64,000 nt of DNA from a virus. Shown in pieces: positions 1 through 8,379 of the stretch (position 1 is its first letter; every line of letters begins with the position of its first letter). Where the stretch lies: the IMG/VR virus record IMGVR_UViG_3300010316_000005, positions 64,001 to 128,000 of that record, one strand, 5' to 3'. A model generated the notes under the pieces. That model saw nothing but the letters and a program-made list of their open reading frames with translations. It made no database searches and was not told the DNA's origin. The position numbers and the translations under genes were made by a program.

Positions 1-2
1 AA

Positions 3-326
3 GACGACGCTACTTCTAAAGATGCCGGTCCATTCCAGCAAGTATTTCATCGTCTTGACGAATTAGAACGAAGAATAAACAACATTGATTACAGTAAGAC
101 TTCTGACTACGGTCAGTACAAGAAGTCTTATGACAGCACTTGGGCAACAGGAAGTCCGTATACTACCGGGACTGGCGCTAGTAGTATTCCATACTCTGGG
201 ACAATGACTCAGTATAATGGAGTAAATATTAGTTCTGACACTGTTACTTGGAACCGCTCTGTAAAAGAGATAGAAGATGAATTAGGCCGGCAATTACTTA
301 CCTTGATGAACAAAGGACAAGTATGA
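3..326 (+). CDS. Hypothetical protein, 5'-partial
   Basis: Frame open from the window edge (DDATSKDAGPFQ...KGQV*); its TGA overlaps the ATG at 323 (ATGA). Confidence 0.6.
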   Translation, partial: DDATSKDAGPFQQVFHRLDELERRINNIDYSKTSDYGQYKKSYDSTWATGSPYTTGTGASSIPYSGTMTQYNGVNISSDTVTWNRSVKEIEDELGRQLLTLMNKGQV

Positions 327-1894
327 CCAGAGACTTAACTTCTACTCAAAAAGATTATGCGACTTTTCTTCCAGCACTTAGTGGGTTTTACGCAACGTAT
401 GTAGGTAAACAACGATTTGACGAGTATGTTAAGCTTTCTAGAATACCAAGCAACTTTAAGCACGGTATAGAAAGCTTAAACTATCTTAACGCAGACGAAG
501 GCCAATTTACTTACAAGTGGAGTCTTTATTCTGCAGGACACGCTGACTTGGACACAACAAAAATTGTGCCCAAGGAAGATATGGTTCGAAATAGAGATCG
601 CGAAAATACTTGGCTGTTGGGCGACAGCGGCGGGTTCCAAATTGGTAAAGGTGTTTGGGAAGGCGACTGGAAAGATCCAAACTGTCCTAAAGCACAAAAG
701 AAACGAGACGGCGTACTACGCTGGATGGATGCATATATGGACTATGGAATGATTCTTGATATTCCAGCGTGGGTTGCTCGTAGCCCAGCGGGTGCGAAAG
801 CAACTGGCATCAACAACTATACTGACGCTGTAAACGCAACACGCATTAACAATGACTACTGGATGAAGCATCGTACTGGTGCCTGTAAGTTCTTAAACGT
901 TCTACAGGGTGAGAATCACGCAGATGCAGACGACTGGTACAATCAGATGAAAGACTATTGCGATCCAAAGAAGTATCCTAACGATCACTTCAATGGGTGG
1001 TCCATGGGTGGTCAAAATATGTGCGATGTACATCTTGTACTAAAGCGACTTGTAGAACTACGCTTCGACGGATTGATAGAAAAAGGCGTGCAGGATGTAA
1101 TGCACTTTCTCGGAACATCAAAACTAGAGTGGGCAGTGTTACTTACTGACATTCAGAGAGCTATACGCAAGCACCATAATGAAAACTTTATGATCACATT
1201 CGACTGTGCTAGCCCGTTCCTCGCAACAGCTAACGGACAGATATATATTCAAAACGAAACACCTGCTAACGGCAAGTGGACATACCGAATGGTTCCTAGC
1301 GTAGACGACAAAAAGTATGCGCCGGATCAAAGGGGCTTTAGAGACACAGTGCTACAAGATGGTATTTTCAAAAACTTCGAAGATAGCCCACTTACTACTG
1401 GTCTTAAAATTAGTGACATCTGTCACTATGCTCCTGGTGATTTAAACAAGATCGGTAAAGAAGGCAAGACCAGCTGGGATAGCTTTTCATACGCTATACA
1501 AATGGGGCACAATGTCTGGAGTCACATCAACGCTGTACAAGAAGCTAACAGACAGTATGACAACAGCATACGTCCAACTATGCTAGTTGCTAGTAAGATG
1601 AAGGGCAAGCAATTTGCTCAACATAGACTAGACTACTTTAGAGATATCGTAAACGAGATCTTTGCTACAGACGACAAAGAAAAAGCGTTGGCTATTATCG
1701 AAGAGTTCAATCGTTATTGGATGGACATTCCGGGGACACGCGGTGCTATTGGCAAGAAGACAGTAAACTCTAGCACCTACTTTGGATCATTGTTTGAAGA
1801 AACTGCTCCAGTAGCAGAAGTAATTGCTGATGATGAATTTGACGAAGAAGCAGTTCATAAACTTGAATTACTCGAAGACGAAGATAACGATTGA
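323..1894 (+). CDS. dpdA: TGT-fold DNA-guanine transglycosylase (DpdA-like)
   Basis: TGT-type motifs LLGDSGGFQ, MILDIP, LNVLQG, WSMGG, MHFLGTS, ITFDCASPF; clustered with queD/folE/queE-like genes. Confidence 0.75.
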   Translation: MTRDLTSTQKDYATFLPALSGFYATYVGKQRFDEYVKLSRIPSNFKHGIESLNYLNADEGQFTYKWSLYSAGHADLDTTKIVPKEDMVRNRDRENTWLLGDSGGFQIGKGVWEGDWKDPNCPKAQKKRDGVLRWMDAYMDYGMILDIPAWVARSPAGAKATGINNYTDAVNATRINNDYWMKHRTGACKFLNVLQGENHADADDWYNQMKDYCDPKKYPNDHFNGWSMGGQNMCDVHLVLKRLVELRFDGLIEKGVQDVMHFLGTSKLEWAVLLTDIQRAIRKHHNENFMITFDCASPFLATANGQIYIQNETPANGKWTYRMVPSVDDKKYAPDQRGFRDTVLQDGIFKNFEDSPLTTGLKISDICHYAPGDLNKIGKEGKTSWDSFSYAIQMGHNVWSHINAVQEANRQYDNSIRPTMLVASKMKGKQFAQHRLDYFRDIVNEIFATDDKEKALAIIEEFNRYWMDIPGTRGAIGKKTVNSSTYFGSLFEETAPVAEVIADDEFDEEAVHKLELLEDEDND

Positions 1895-1919
1895 CATCTA
1901 GTCAAGATAGTTATATAGT
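1891..1919 (+). promoter_or_regulatory. sigma70-type promoter
   Basis: TTGACA-N17-TATAGT upstream of the ORF at 1947. Confidence 0.7.
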
Positions 1920-1946
1920 AAACTTACACATTAAACAGGATTAACA

Positions 1947-2471
1947 ATGAATAGAGATTACGATAGCGGCGAAAGTAACACTGCTACCTTCTTCATAGGT
2001 ACAGAAGTAGAACATACTCCTGCTTACGGACTAAAGACATTATTTGTAGTAGGCGTACAAGACTTCCAGAAGGTGTTCGACTATTATCATGGACAAAGTT
2101 GTGAGCATATTTTCTTTGGAGCAAATCATAGTTTTACTCCGACACTAGGAGACTATGAAGGCTGGAAGCAGTGGGAAGATATGATTATGCCTCTACTAGA
2201 GGACGGTATGCTTTGTAGTCTAGACATTCCATTAAGCCATGTTGAAGAATTTAATGATAGCGGGTTTAATTCGTATGACAATTTTATTCCGCAAATCCGT
2301 GTTCCTATTCCATATATAAAGCTATGGAACTACAACACTATGATTAAAATCGACGATATTGGATTTCAGAAAACAAACCCTGGTGTTTGGTCTCACAGCT
2401 TACACGATCTTATGGATCGTGAAAAGTTTACTGACTGGTCCAAGTACGGCGCAGATAAAATTATCAAATAA
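1947..2471 (+). CDS. Hypothetical protein in the deazaguanine cluster
   Basis: 174-aa ORF with AGGA RBS; motifs GTEVEHTP and HIFFGANHSF; no family recognised. Confidence 0.75.
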   Translation: MNRDYDSGESNTATFFIGTEVEHTPAYGLKTLFVVGVQDFQKVFDYYHGQSCEHIFFGANHSFTPTLGDYEGWKQWEDMIMPLLEDGMLCSLDIPLSHVEEFNDSGFNSYDNFIPQIRVPIPYIKLWNYNTMIKIDDIGFQKTNPGVWSHSLHDLMDREKFTDWSKYGADKIIK

Positions 2472-2481
2472 GGAGTAACAA

Positions 2482-2841
2482 ATGACCAAAAAAGTAATGA
2501 CGTTCATTAAAATTAGAACAGAGTTTGAAGGATACCATTTTTATCCCGGGGCTGGAAAAATTGATGAAAGAATTAAATTTTTAGAAAACTGTCACCGACA
2601 CACTTTTAAAGTAGAGGTAAAGATATCAGTTACACATTTAGACAGAGAATTAGAGTTTTTTCTTGTAAAATGGAATTTGCAAGATTTTATTAAATCAGGA
2701 AATTATAATCATAAATCATGTGAGATGATTGCTACTGATATATTAGAAAATCACCTACTGCCTGCCTATGGTGAAAGATATTATGAAATTACTGTGTCAG
2801 AGGACGGCGAATCCGATGGTATTATCGAGTATACTCCTTAA
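2482..2841 (+). CDS. queD: QueD-like / 6-pyruvoyl-tetrahydropterin synthase-like T-fold protein
   Basis: His pattern GYH...HRHTF, DRELEF, SCEMIA and VSEDGE typical of the QueD/PTPS fold; 119 aa; AAGGAG RBS; pathway context. Confidence 0.65.
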   Translation: MTKKVMTFIKIRTEFEGYHFYPGAGKIDERIKFLENCHRHTFKVEVKISVTHLDRELEFFLVKWNLQDFIKSGNYNHKSCEMIATDILENHLLPAYGERYYEITVSEDGESDGIIEYTP

Positions 2842-3553
2842 TTAATTCTTCTATAGTTATAGAACATCGAGTCCTCTTAGATCTATTAACTGATTTAGGC
2901 AATAATTCAAGATTAGAAAAATGTCCAATAATGGCAGGATCTATCTTTTGCCTAAATCCTTCTGTAATACTAAATTTATGATCTAGTTCGTAATCATTTC
3001 CTCTCTTTAAATTTAGAGGATTAATGATATGCTGGTAATGTTTCCAACTCTTATTAGTGTAATTAAGGACTTGTTCTCTATATAACATCCAATCATTTTT
3101 TTGTTCTTTGGGTACAGCTAGGCCTCTAGATATCTTAGTTTTTGTTGCATTTGCATAACACGCCGTATCCCTCATTTTTGCCTTTTTAGACAATCTTTGT
3201 TTAGATTTTTCGCTATGACTCTTTCCGTACATAGGGTTATTATTCCCAGAGTGTCCGCCGCGATTGCTGACCGCATTAGAAATCTTGTTGCCTTTCTCTG
3301 CAATCCAGGCACTATCTAAGTGCAAGTCTTTGAGTGCTGAATTGCCACGGCGACTCATCATTTTCATATGATTTGTTCGATCTTCCTTAGTCATGCTCTT
3401 CTGCCTAGACGCTTCTGCTTTTTTAATAAATCCGGGACATTGTGTAATCTTTTCGACACAACGCATCTTTTTAGAATTATAACTGATGAAGAATGCTTGT
3501 TCACTACACAAGTGGCACAAGTTGTTAGGATTATGATCGTTAAGTTTTGGCAC
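2822..3553 (-). mobile_element. Free-standing HNH homing endonuclease with NUMOD3-like DNA-binding motif
   Basis: C-terminal ELDHKFS...GHFSNLELLPKSVNRSK (HNH); GNNNPMYGKSHSEKSKQRLS (NUMOD3-like); N-terminal CxxC; antisense to the operon; GTG start. Confidence 0.8.
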
Positions 3554-3577
3554 GGTTCTATCTCGCTATCGTTATGT

Positions 3578-3585
3578 TATTTATC
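3578..3585 (-). promoter_or_regulatory. Late-promoter-like GATAAATA for the HNH gene
   Basis: Resembles T4 late TATAAATA; the same motif recurs before the other endonuclease genes and structural genes. Confidence 0.55.
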
Positions 3586-3592
3586 TTTTCAG

Positions 3593-3621
3593 TTGACTAC
3601 GTCTAGCATATATGCTATTAT
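3593..3621 (+). promoter_or_regulatory. sigma70-type promoter
   Basis: TTGACT-N17-TATTAT with extended TGn. Confidence 0.6.
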
Positions 3622-3684
3622 AATAGCGTAAGTAAAAATAAGTTTCTTACATATGTTAATTTTTTATCCAAGAGAGCTAAACCA

Positions 3685-3876
3685 ATGACTATCAAAAATA
3701 CCCTTGTTGAAAAAATCTTCAACGATCTTGACGCATACCGCGACTGGTGCCGGTTTGAAGGCAAAGTGTACGACGAAAAAGCACTTTACAACCGCAAGGA
3801 TTCAAACTGGCAGGGCTACGAGAAGTATAAAAACTATCTCAGAGCCAAGGCAAGGTCAGAAAACAAGCAACGCTAA
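3685..3876 (+). CDS. Small hypothetical protein
   Basis: 63-aa ORF between a promoter and a terminator. Confidence 0.7.
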   Translation: MTIKNTLVEKIFNDLDAYRDWCRFEGKVYDEKALYNRKDSNWQGYEKYKNYLRAKARSENKQR

Positions 3877-3894
3877 TTCTTGCCAGCTACCTGG

Positions 3895-3930
3895 AAAATG
3901 ACGCCTTCTTAGGCGTCATTTTTCTTATTT
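3895..3930 (+). terminator. Rho-independent terminator
   Basis: AAAATGACGCCT-tctt-AGGCGTCATTTT perfect 12-bp stem with T-rich tail. Confidence 0.8.
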
Positions 3931-3935
3931 AATTA

Positions 3936-3964
3936 TTGACACACTATTCACTTTATGTTATCAT
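3936..3964 (+). promoter_or_regulatory. sigma70-type promoter
   Basis: TTGACA-N17-TATCAT with TGn. Confidence 0.65.
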
Positions 3965-3969
3965 ATGCT

Positions 3970-4044
3970 TATAAGGATTTAAACGATGACCATTTATATT
4001 ATAGAAAAAATATAAGGATAAAATATGACTATATATGTTATAGA
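3970..4044 (+). repeat. Imperfect tandem duplication of RBS plus first codons of the glycosyltransferase
   Basis: TATAAGGAT..ATGACCATTTATATTATAGA (mini-ORF MTIYIIEKI*, 3986-4015) versus TATAAGGAT..ATGACTATATATGTTATAGA (MTIYVIDL, 4025). Confidence 0.75.
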
Positions 4045-5116
4045 TTTAGAAAGCGTTCAGTCAAGGTACACTGCTCAATGGAAAGAGCATTTGCCTAAGC
4101 AATTGATGCTTGCTACAAATAAAACTGTCGAAGTTATCAGTGGTGGAGAAACTCCGCAAGCAACTACTCCGGGTGCGTTTCTCAACTTCGGCGGCACGAA
4201 CGTGTACAAGTCTAAGCAGTTAGAAATAATCGGCGAAAAGTTTTGCAATGGCGAAATCAATGACGGCGATTACTTTTTATACACTGATGCGTGGAACCCT
4301 ACAGTTATTCAGTTAAAGTATATGAGTGAACTACTAGGCGTTGACATTAAGATAGGCGGCATGTGGCACGCCGGTTCGTATGACCCGCAAGACTTTCTTG
4401 GACGACTAATAGGCGATGCTCCCTGGGTGCGTTCAGCAGAACACAGTATGTTTAGCTGTTACGATGACAACTTTTTTGCAACGCAGTTTCATATCAATAT
4501 GTTTGCTAATGAGACATTTGCATGGAACGATGGCAATGGCTGGCACTGCGATACACCACAAGAAGCTAATACTTCAATTAAGTTAGTTGGCTGGCCTATG
4601 GAGTATCTTCATGATAGCCTAGCAGAATATAAAAACATGCCTAAAGAAAACCTTATATTGTTTCCACATCGCATTGCGCCAGAGAAGCAAGTTGATATCT
4701 TTAAGGATCTAGCAAAGCAGCTTCCCGAGTATGAATTTGTAATATGTCAAGAACAGCAACTTTCTAAAGAGGAATACCACAGCTTGCTCGGACGTGCTAA
4801 GGTAGTGTTTAGCGCAAACCTACAAGAAACACTGGGCATTAGCTGGTACGAAGGCGCGTTGGTTGATGCTATTCCTATGGTGCCCGATCGCCTAAGTTAT
4901 AGCGAAATGGCAATACAAGAATTTAAATACCCAAGTGCGTGGACCCAAGACTGGGATTCATATCAAGCTAATAAAGAAGCACTTGTCGGACGTCTGAAAT
5001 ATTATATCGAGCATTACGAAGAATTTGATGACGTATTGGACTATCAAGTATCAAAGCTAAACAAAGAATTCTTTAGCGGTGATGCTCTTTACAAAGGAAT
5101 TAAAGATGGAAGATGA
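4025..5116 (+). CDS. GT-B fold glycosyltransferase (GT4-like)
   Basis: C-terminal LFPHRIAPEKQ...SANLQETLGISWYEGALVDAIPMVPD matches the GT-B nucleotide-sugar binding E-x7-E motif. Confidence 0.75.
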   Translation: MTIYVIDLESVQSRYTAQWKEHLPKQLMLATNKTVEVISGGETPQATTPGAFLNFGGTNVYKSKQLEIIGEKFCNGEINDGDYFLYTDAWNPTVIQLKYMSELLGVDIKIGGMWHAGSYDPQDFLGRLIGDAPWVRSAEHSMFSCYDDNFFATQFHINMFANETFAWNDGNGWHCDTPQEANTSIKLVGWPMEYLHDSLAEYKNMPKENLILFPHRIAPEKQVDIFKDLAKQLPEYEFVICQEQQLSKEEYHSLLGRAKVVFSANLQETLGISWYEGALVDAIPMVPDRLSYSEMAIQEFKYPSAWTQDWDSYQANKEALVGRLKYYIEHYEEFDDVLDYQVSKLNKEFFSGDALYKGIKDGR

Positions 5117-5426
5117 TAACGAATACAGCACTATAGATGCTAGCACTATGCACGATCAGGCATATATTTACGACATTAACAGTAATATAACTATATCGTC
5201 GTCGACGTTTATGGACTCTCCGTCCAAGACAATTATCAATACTCCGCTAGAAGTTAACGGACGTGATATTCTAGCAGAGCTAGACGAACTGCGTGAGGCT
5301 CTTGTTTTGATTTGTAGAGACATTGACATGGAAGAGAAGTATCCAGAGCTCACAAAAATCAAAGAGCAATACGACGCAGCCCTAGCAAAATACAAAACAT
5401 TCGACACAATAAAGGAATCAAAATGA
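5106..5426 (+). CDS. Hypothetical protein
   Basis: ATG 5106 after AAGGA; C-terminal YPELTKIKEQYD resembles the next gene. Confidence 0.65.
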   Translation: MEDDNEYSTIDASTMHDQAYIYDINSNITISSSTFMDSPSKTIINTPLEVNGRDILAELDELREALVLICRDIDMEEKYPELTKIKEQYDAALAKYKTFDTIKESK

Positions 5427-5770
5427 TTAATATATCCAGTTTAGACGGGTCATTGATAGTAAACGGAAATTCTGCAGTGCCATATCATACCATCGACACT
5501 TACAATAGTAAACCGATGCAAGGACACATTAGACTAAACGGTAGTAGCCTCGAATACTGGGACGGAAATATGTGGTGTTACATGCCAACTCCTGACTATA
5601 CAGTACAGCTAGATCCAACTATTAGAGACTGGATTACTAAAAAGATGGTCGAGGAACAGAGAGTCGAAAGGCTTGCTGAAGCGTTTCCTGCTCTTGCTAC
5701 CGCAAAAAAGAACTACGATACAATTTTAGCACTAGTAGAAAGCGAAGACAATGGCACTACCACCTCGTAG
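5423..5770 (+). CDS. Hypothetical protein
   Basis: 115-aa ORF, ATGA overlap; C-terminal FPALATAKKNYD. Confidence 0.65.
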   Translation: MINISSLDGSLIVNGNSAVPYHTIDTYNSKPMQGHIRLNGSSLEYWDGNMWCYMPTPDYTVQLDPTIRDWITKKMVEEQRVERLAEAFPALATAKKNYDTILALVESEDNGTTTS

Positions 5771-6083
5771 AACACCAGTACACGACGAAGGCAGTCGCAA
5801 GGCATTTAGCTATTATGCCGACTTGCTACGCAGTAAAGGCGTTAAGCCAAAGAATCATACACTGATTACAGACGGTGATCCAACTAGCTTAGAACACCTA
5901 TTATGGATGTGCTTAGAATGCGAACCACAGGTTAGAGACGATGGCCACGGAATGAGCGTAGACAAGTATTCAAGATGGCTTGGATTTATTCAAGGGTGTA
6001 TTATTATGCACGGACTAACAACTGTTAAAGAAGAACGAAACCGAACCCGGCCGTGGTTCACTGATCCAAAAAGGAAAGTATGA
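5751..6083 (+). CDS. Hypothetical protein
   Basis: 110-aa ORF; HLLWMC...DKYSRWLGFIQG. Confidence 0.65.
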   Translation: MALPPRRTPVHDEGSRKAFSYYADLLRSKGVKPKNHTLITDGDPTSLEHLLWMCLECEPQVRDDGHGMSVDKYSRWLGFIQGCIIMHGLTTVKEERNRTRPWFTDPKRKV

Positions 6084-6610
6084 TGAACAAGAAATATTAT
6101 AACTGGAAAGATGTAACGTCAGCAGCAACTTCAATTGCTATGCAGATGTATAAAGACAATTATCGTCCTGATTACATTGTAGGTATTACCCGCGGTGGCC
6201 TGCCACTAGCTACTATACTCAGTCATATGACTAACATTCCGATGGAGACATTAAAAGTACAATTACGAGCCAGTGAACAATGTGAAACAAATTGCTGGAT
6301 GTCCGAAGATGCGTTCGGGTATGTATCCGACCAAGCGACTTACAAAAGCCGATGGGATGTTAGTCAACGAAAAAAGATACTCATCGTCGACGACATCAAC
6401 GACACGGGTGCAACATTTGACTGGATCAAAGAAGATTGGCGCAGCGGGTGTCTGCCTGGCGAGGATACTTGGGATACAGTATGGCACAATACAGTTAAGT
6501 TTGCAGTAATGACTGACAATCTAAGTAGCTCGTTCAAAACAGATTATGCATGGGACGAAGTAAACAAAGCCGAGAACGATGTCTGGCTAGTATACCCTTG
6601 GGAGGCTTAA
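6080..6610 (+). CDS. Type I (purine) phosphoribosyltransferase
   Basis: IVGITRGG, PRPP-binding loop LIVDDINDTGAT, terminal WLVYPWE. Confidence 0.85.
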   Translation: MMNKKYYNWKDVTSAATSIAMQMYKDNYRPDYIVGITRGGLPLATILSHMTNIPMETLKVQLRASEQCETNCWMSEDAFGYVSDQATYKSRWDVSQRKKILIVDDINDTGATFDWIKEDWRSGCLPGEDTWDTVWHNTVKFAVMTDNLSSSFKTDYAWDEVNKAENDVWLVYPWEA

Positions 6611-7039
6611 TTGCCACAACTAATATATCTAGATGCCACGAAGTTTGAGATATATGAATATTTTCCCAACGCTAGCCGAGGTTATAACCAGCAATGGGAT
6701 CTCAGATTGGAAGAAGAATATCCATATCACGTATACGCACACACCGAAGATGATGCTAGAATATTAAAGAACGTCCGAAAGTATATAGAGAAGCGTGGCA
6801 TTGATGATGTATTTTACGGAAAGATAGACAAGAGTTATAGCTATTGTTATAACATAGAAAAAGCAAACTCGTGGGATCAAAATTGGGATCGGGTAACAAA
6901 TCACTGGTGGAAATTTTCCTTTGGTAGCGATGTAGACCTAAATATGCTTGTACTACAGCACCAATGTTTAAAATCGGAAATGACTGACTTTCATCCCGAA
7001 TATGAATGGCACAACGAAACTAACACTAGAAAATGGTAA
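6611..7039 (+). CDS. Hypothetical protein
   Basis: 142-aa ORF; TTG start after GGAGG. Confidence 0.6.
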   Translation: MPQLIYLDATKFEIYEYFPNASRGYNQQWDLRLEEEYPYHVYAHTEDDARILKNVRKYIEKRGIDDVFYGKIDKSYSYCYNIEKANSWDQNWDRVTNHWWKFSFGSDVDLNMLVLQHQCLKSEMTDFHPEYEWHNETNTRKW

Positions 7040-7052
7040 AAAGGAGAATACT

Positions 7053-7253
7053 ATGAGAGAAGAAATGATAAAAGTAGCAATAGCCCATGCAAAGGCACAT
7101 ATCGGTAAGCATAAGATGAACGTAGAAGTTTATCTTAAGAACCCTGTAGGCATTGGAGAGCACTCCGATATTATGGAGGCTATTGAGATTGAAATTGAAC
7201 AAATGGCAAAGTACCACGATCAGCTTGAAATGCTTGAGAAATATTTCAAGTAA
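7053..7253 (+). CDS. Small conserved-looking phage protein
   Basis: AAGGAG RBS before ATG 7053; NPVGIGEHSDI motif. Confidence 0.7.
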   Translation: MREEMIKVAIAHAKAHIGKHKMNVEVYLKNPVGIGEHSDIMEAIEIEIEQMAKYHDQLEMLEKYFK

Positions 7254-7256
7254 TGC

Positions 7257-7285
7257 TTGACAAAAATCTAAATACAAGGTATAAT
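7257..7285 (+). promoter_or_regulatory. Consensus sigma70 promoter for folE
   Basis: TTGACA-N17-TATAAT, perfect consensus. Confidence 0.8.
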
Positions 7286-7338
7286 AGTTACAAGGACTAT
7301 TATACCTAGTCATCCACGACAAAAACTCGGAGAATTTA

Positions 7339-8022
7339 ATGAAGAAATATGAAGAAATTATCGCACGTTGCAAAAACGCTGACAAGCGATATTGGGCAGG
7401 CGATAATGTCCACCGCCTTATTTATGAAGGTGAAAAAGAACAACTAATCGACGAGGCAACACAAGCATTTGAAACTGTACTCGATACTCTAATTATTGAC
7501 AGACATAATGATCCTAACAGTCAAGGCACAGCAAGAAGACTTGCTAAGATGTACTTTAACGAGATCATGGCAGGACGATACGACGGGCGACCGTCGGCAA
7601 CAGCGTTTCCGAATGATACTGAAGATCGTTATGAAGGTATGTTAGTAGTGCGTAGTGAACTTAAATCAATGTGTTCGCATCATCACCAGCCTGTTACGGG
7701 CGTAGCATACATTGGCATCATTGCTGCTGACAAGCTTATTGGATTGAGTAAGTATACCCGACTGGCTCAGTGGTGCGCAAGGCGCGGCACATTACAGGAA
7801 GAACTTGCTAACGATATTGCTAGAGAAATTAGCAATGCGACCGGCGCAGAAAATCTTGGTGTTTACATTCAGGCAACACACGGCTGTTGTGAGAATCGAG
7901 GCATTATGGCAACTAGCAGTCTTACGCAAACCACAGTACTTAAAGGCAGCTTCAAGGATGATGCAGGAACAAAGAAAGAATTCTTTGATAATATTAAACT
8001 GCAACAGGAGTTTTCAAAATGA
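7339..8022 (+). CDS. folE: GTP cyclohydrolase I
   Basis: SMCSHHHQP, GLSKYTRL, LQEEL, ATHGCCENRG. Confidence 0.93.
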   Translation: MKKYEEIIARCKNADKRYWAGDNVHRLIYEGEKEQLIDEATQAFETVLDTLIIDRHNDPNSQGTARRLAKMYFNEIMAGRYDGRPSATAFPNDTEDRYEGMLVVRSELKSMCSHHHQPVTGVAYIGIIAADKLIGLSKYTRLAQWCARRGTLQEELANDIAREISNATGAENLGVYIQATHGCCENRGIMATSSLTQTTVLKGSFKDDAGTKKEFFDNIKLQQEFSK

Positions 8023-8312
8023 AGTGGGCCAAGAGAAAAGTAAAACGGATGTTAGAAAGATTGCTGTTCGAAGAGCCTACATGCGACTCTGGAGAAAATA
8101 CAGTCTCTTGTAAACCATCTATAAATTCAAGGATTGATACTGACCCTGCTATAACTTTTAAAATCTACAGCGCAGTGAACGGAAAAGTTATAGAGTTTTA
8201 TAAGTATGACCGAGTTACTGACAAAAGTCATACTAGTGTGTATATTGTTGGAAAAGACGAAGACGTAGCAGAGCGAGTTGGAAGATGTCTTAGTTTAGAG
8301 TTGTTAAAATGA
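8019..8312 (+). CDS. Hypothetical protein
   Basis: 97-aa ORF with ATGA overlap. Confidence 0.65.
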   Translation: MKWAKRKVKRMLERLLFEEPTCDSGENTVSCKPSINSRIDTDPAITFKIYSAVNGKVIEFYKYDRVTDKSHTSVYIVGKDEDVAERVGRCLSLELLK

Positions 8313-8379
8313 AGAACAAGGGCATCGGCGGCACACACAAAGCATTTGCTAATCAACTATATAATACATTGGAGATAAA

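Noticed and set aside
7286-7338. Riboswitch (preQ1 or THF-II type) in the folE leader
   Set aside because: Only short 3-bp stems (GTC-atccac-GAC) are visible and I cannot match a consensus; an Infernal/Rfam search would be needed.
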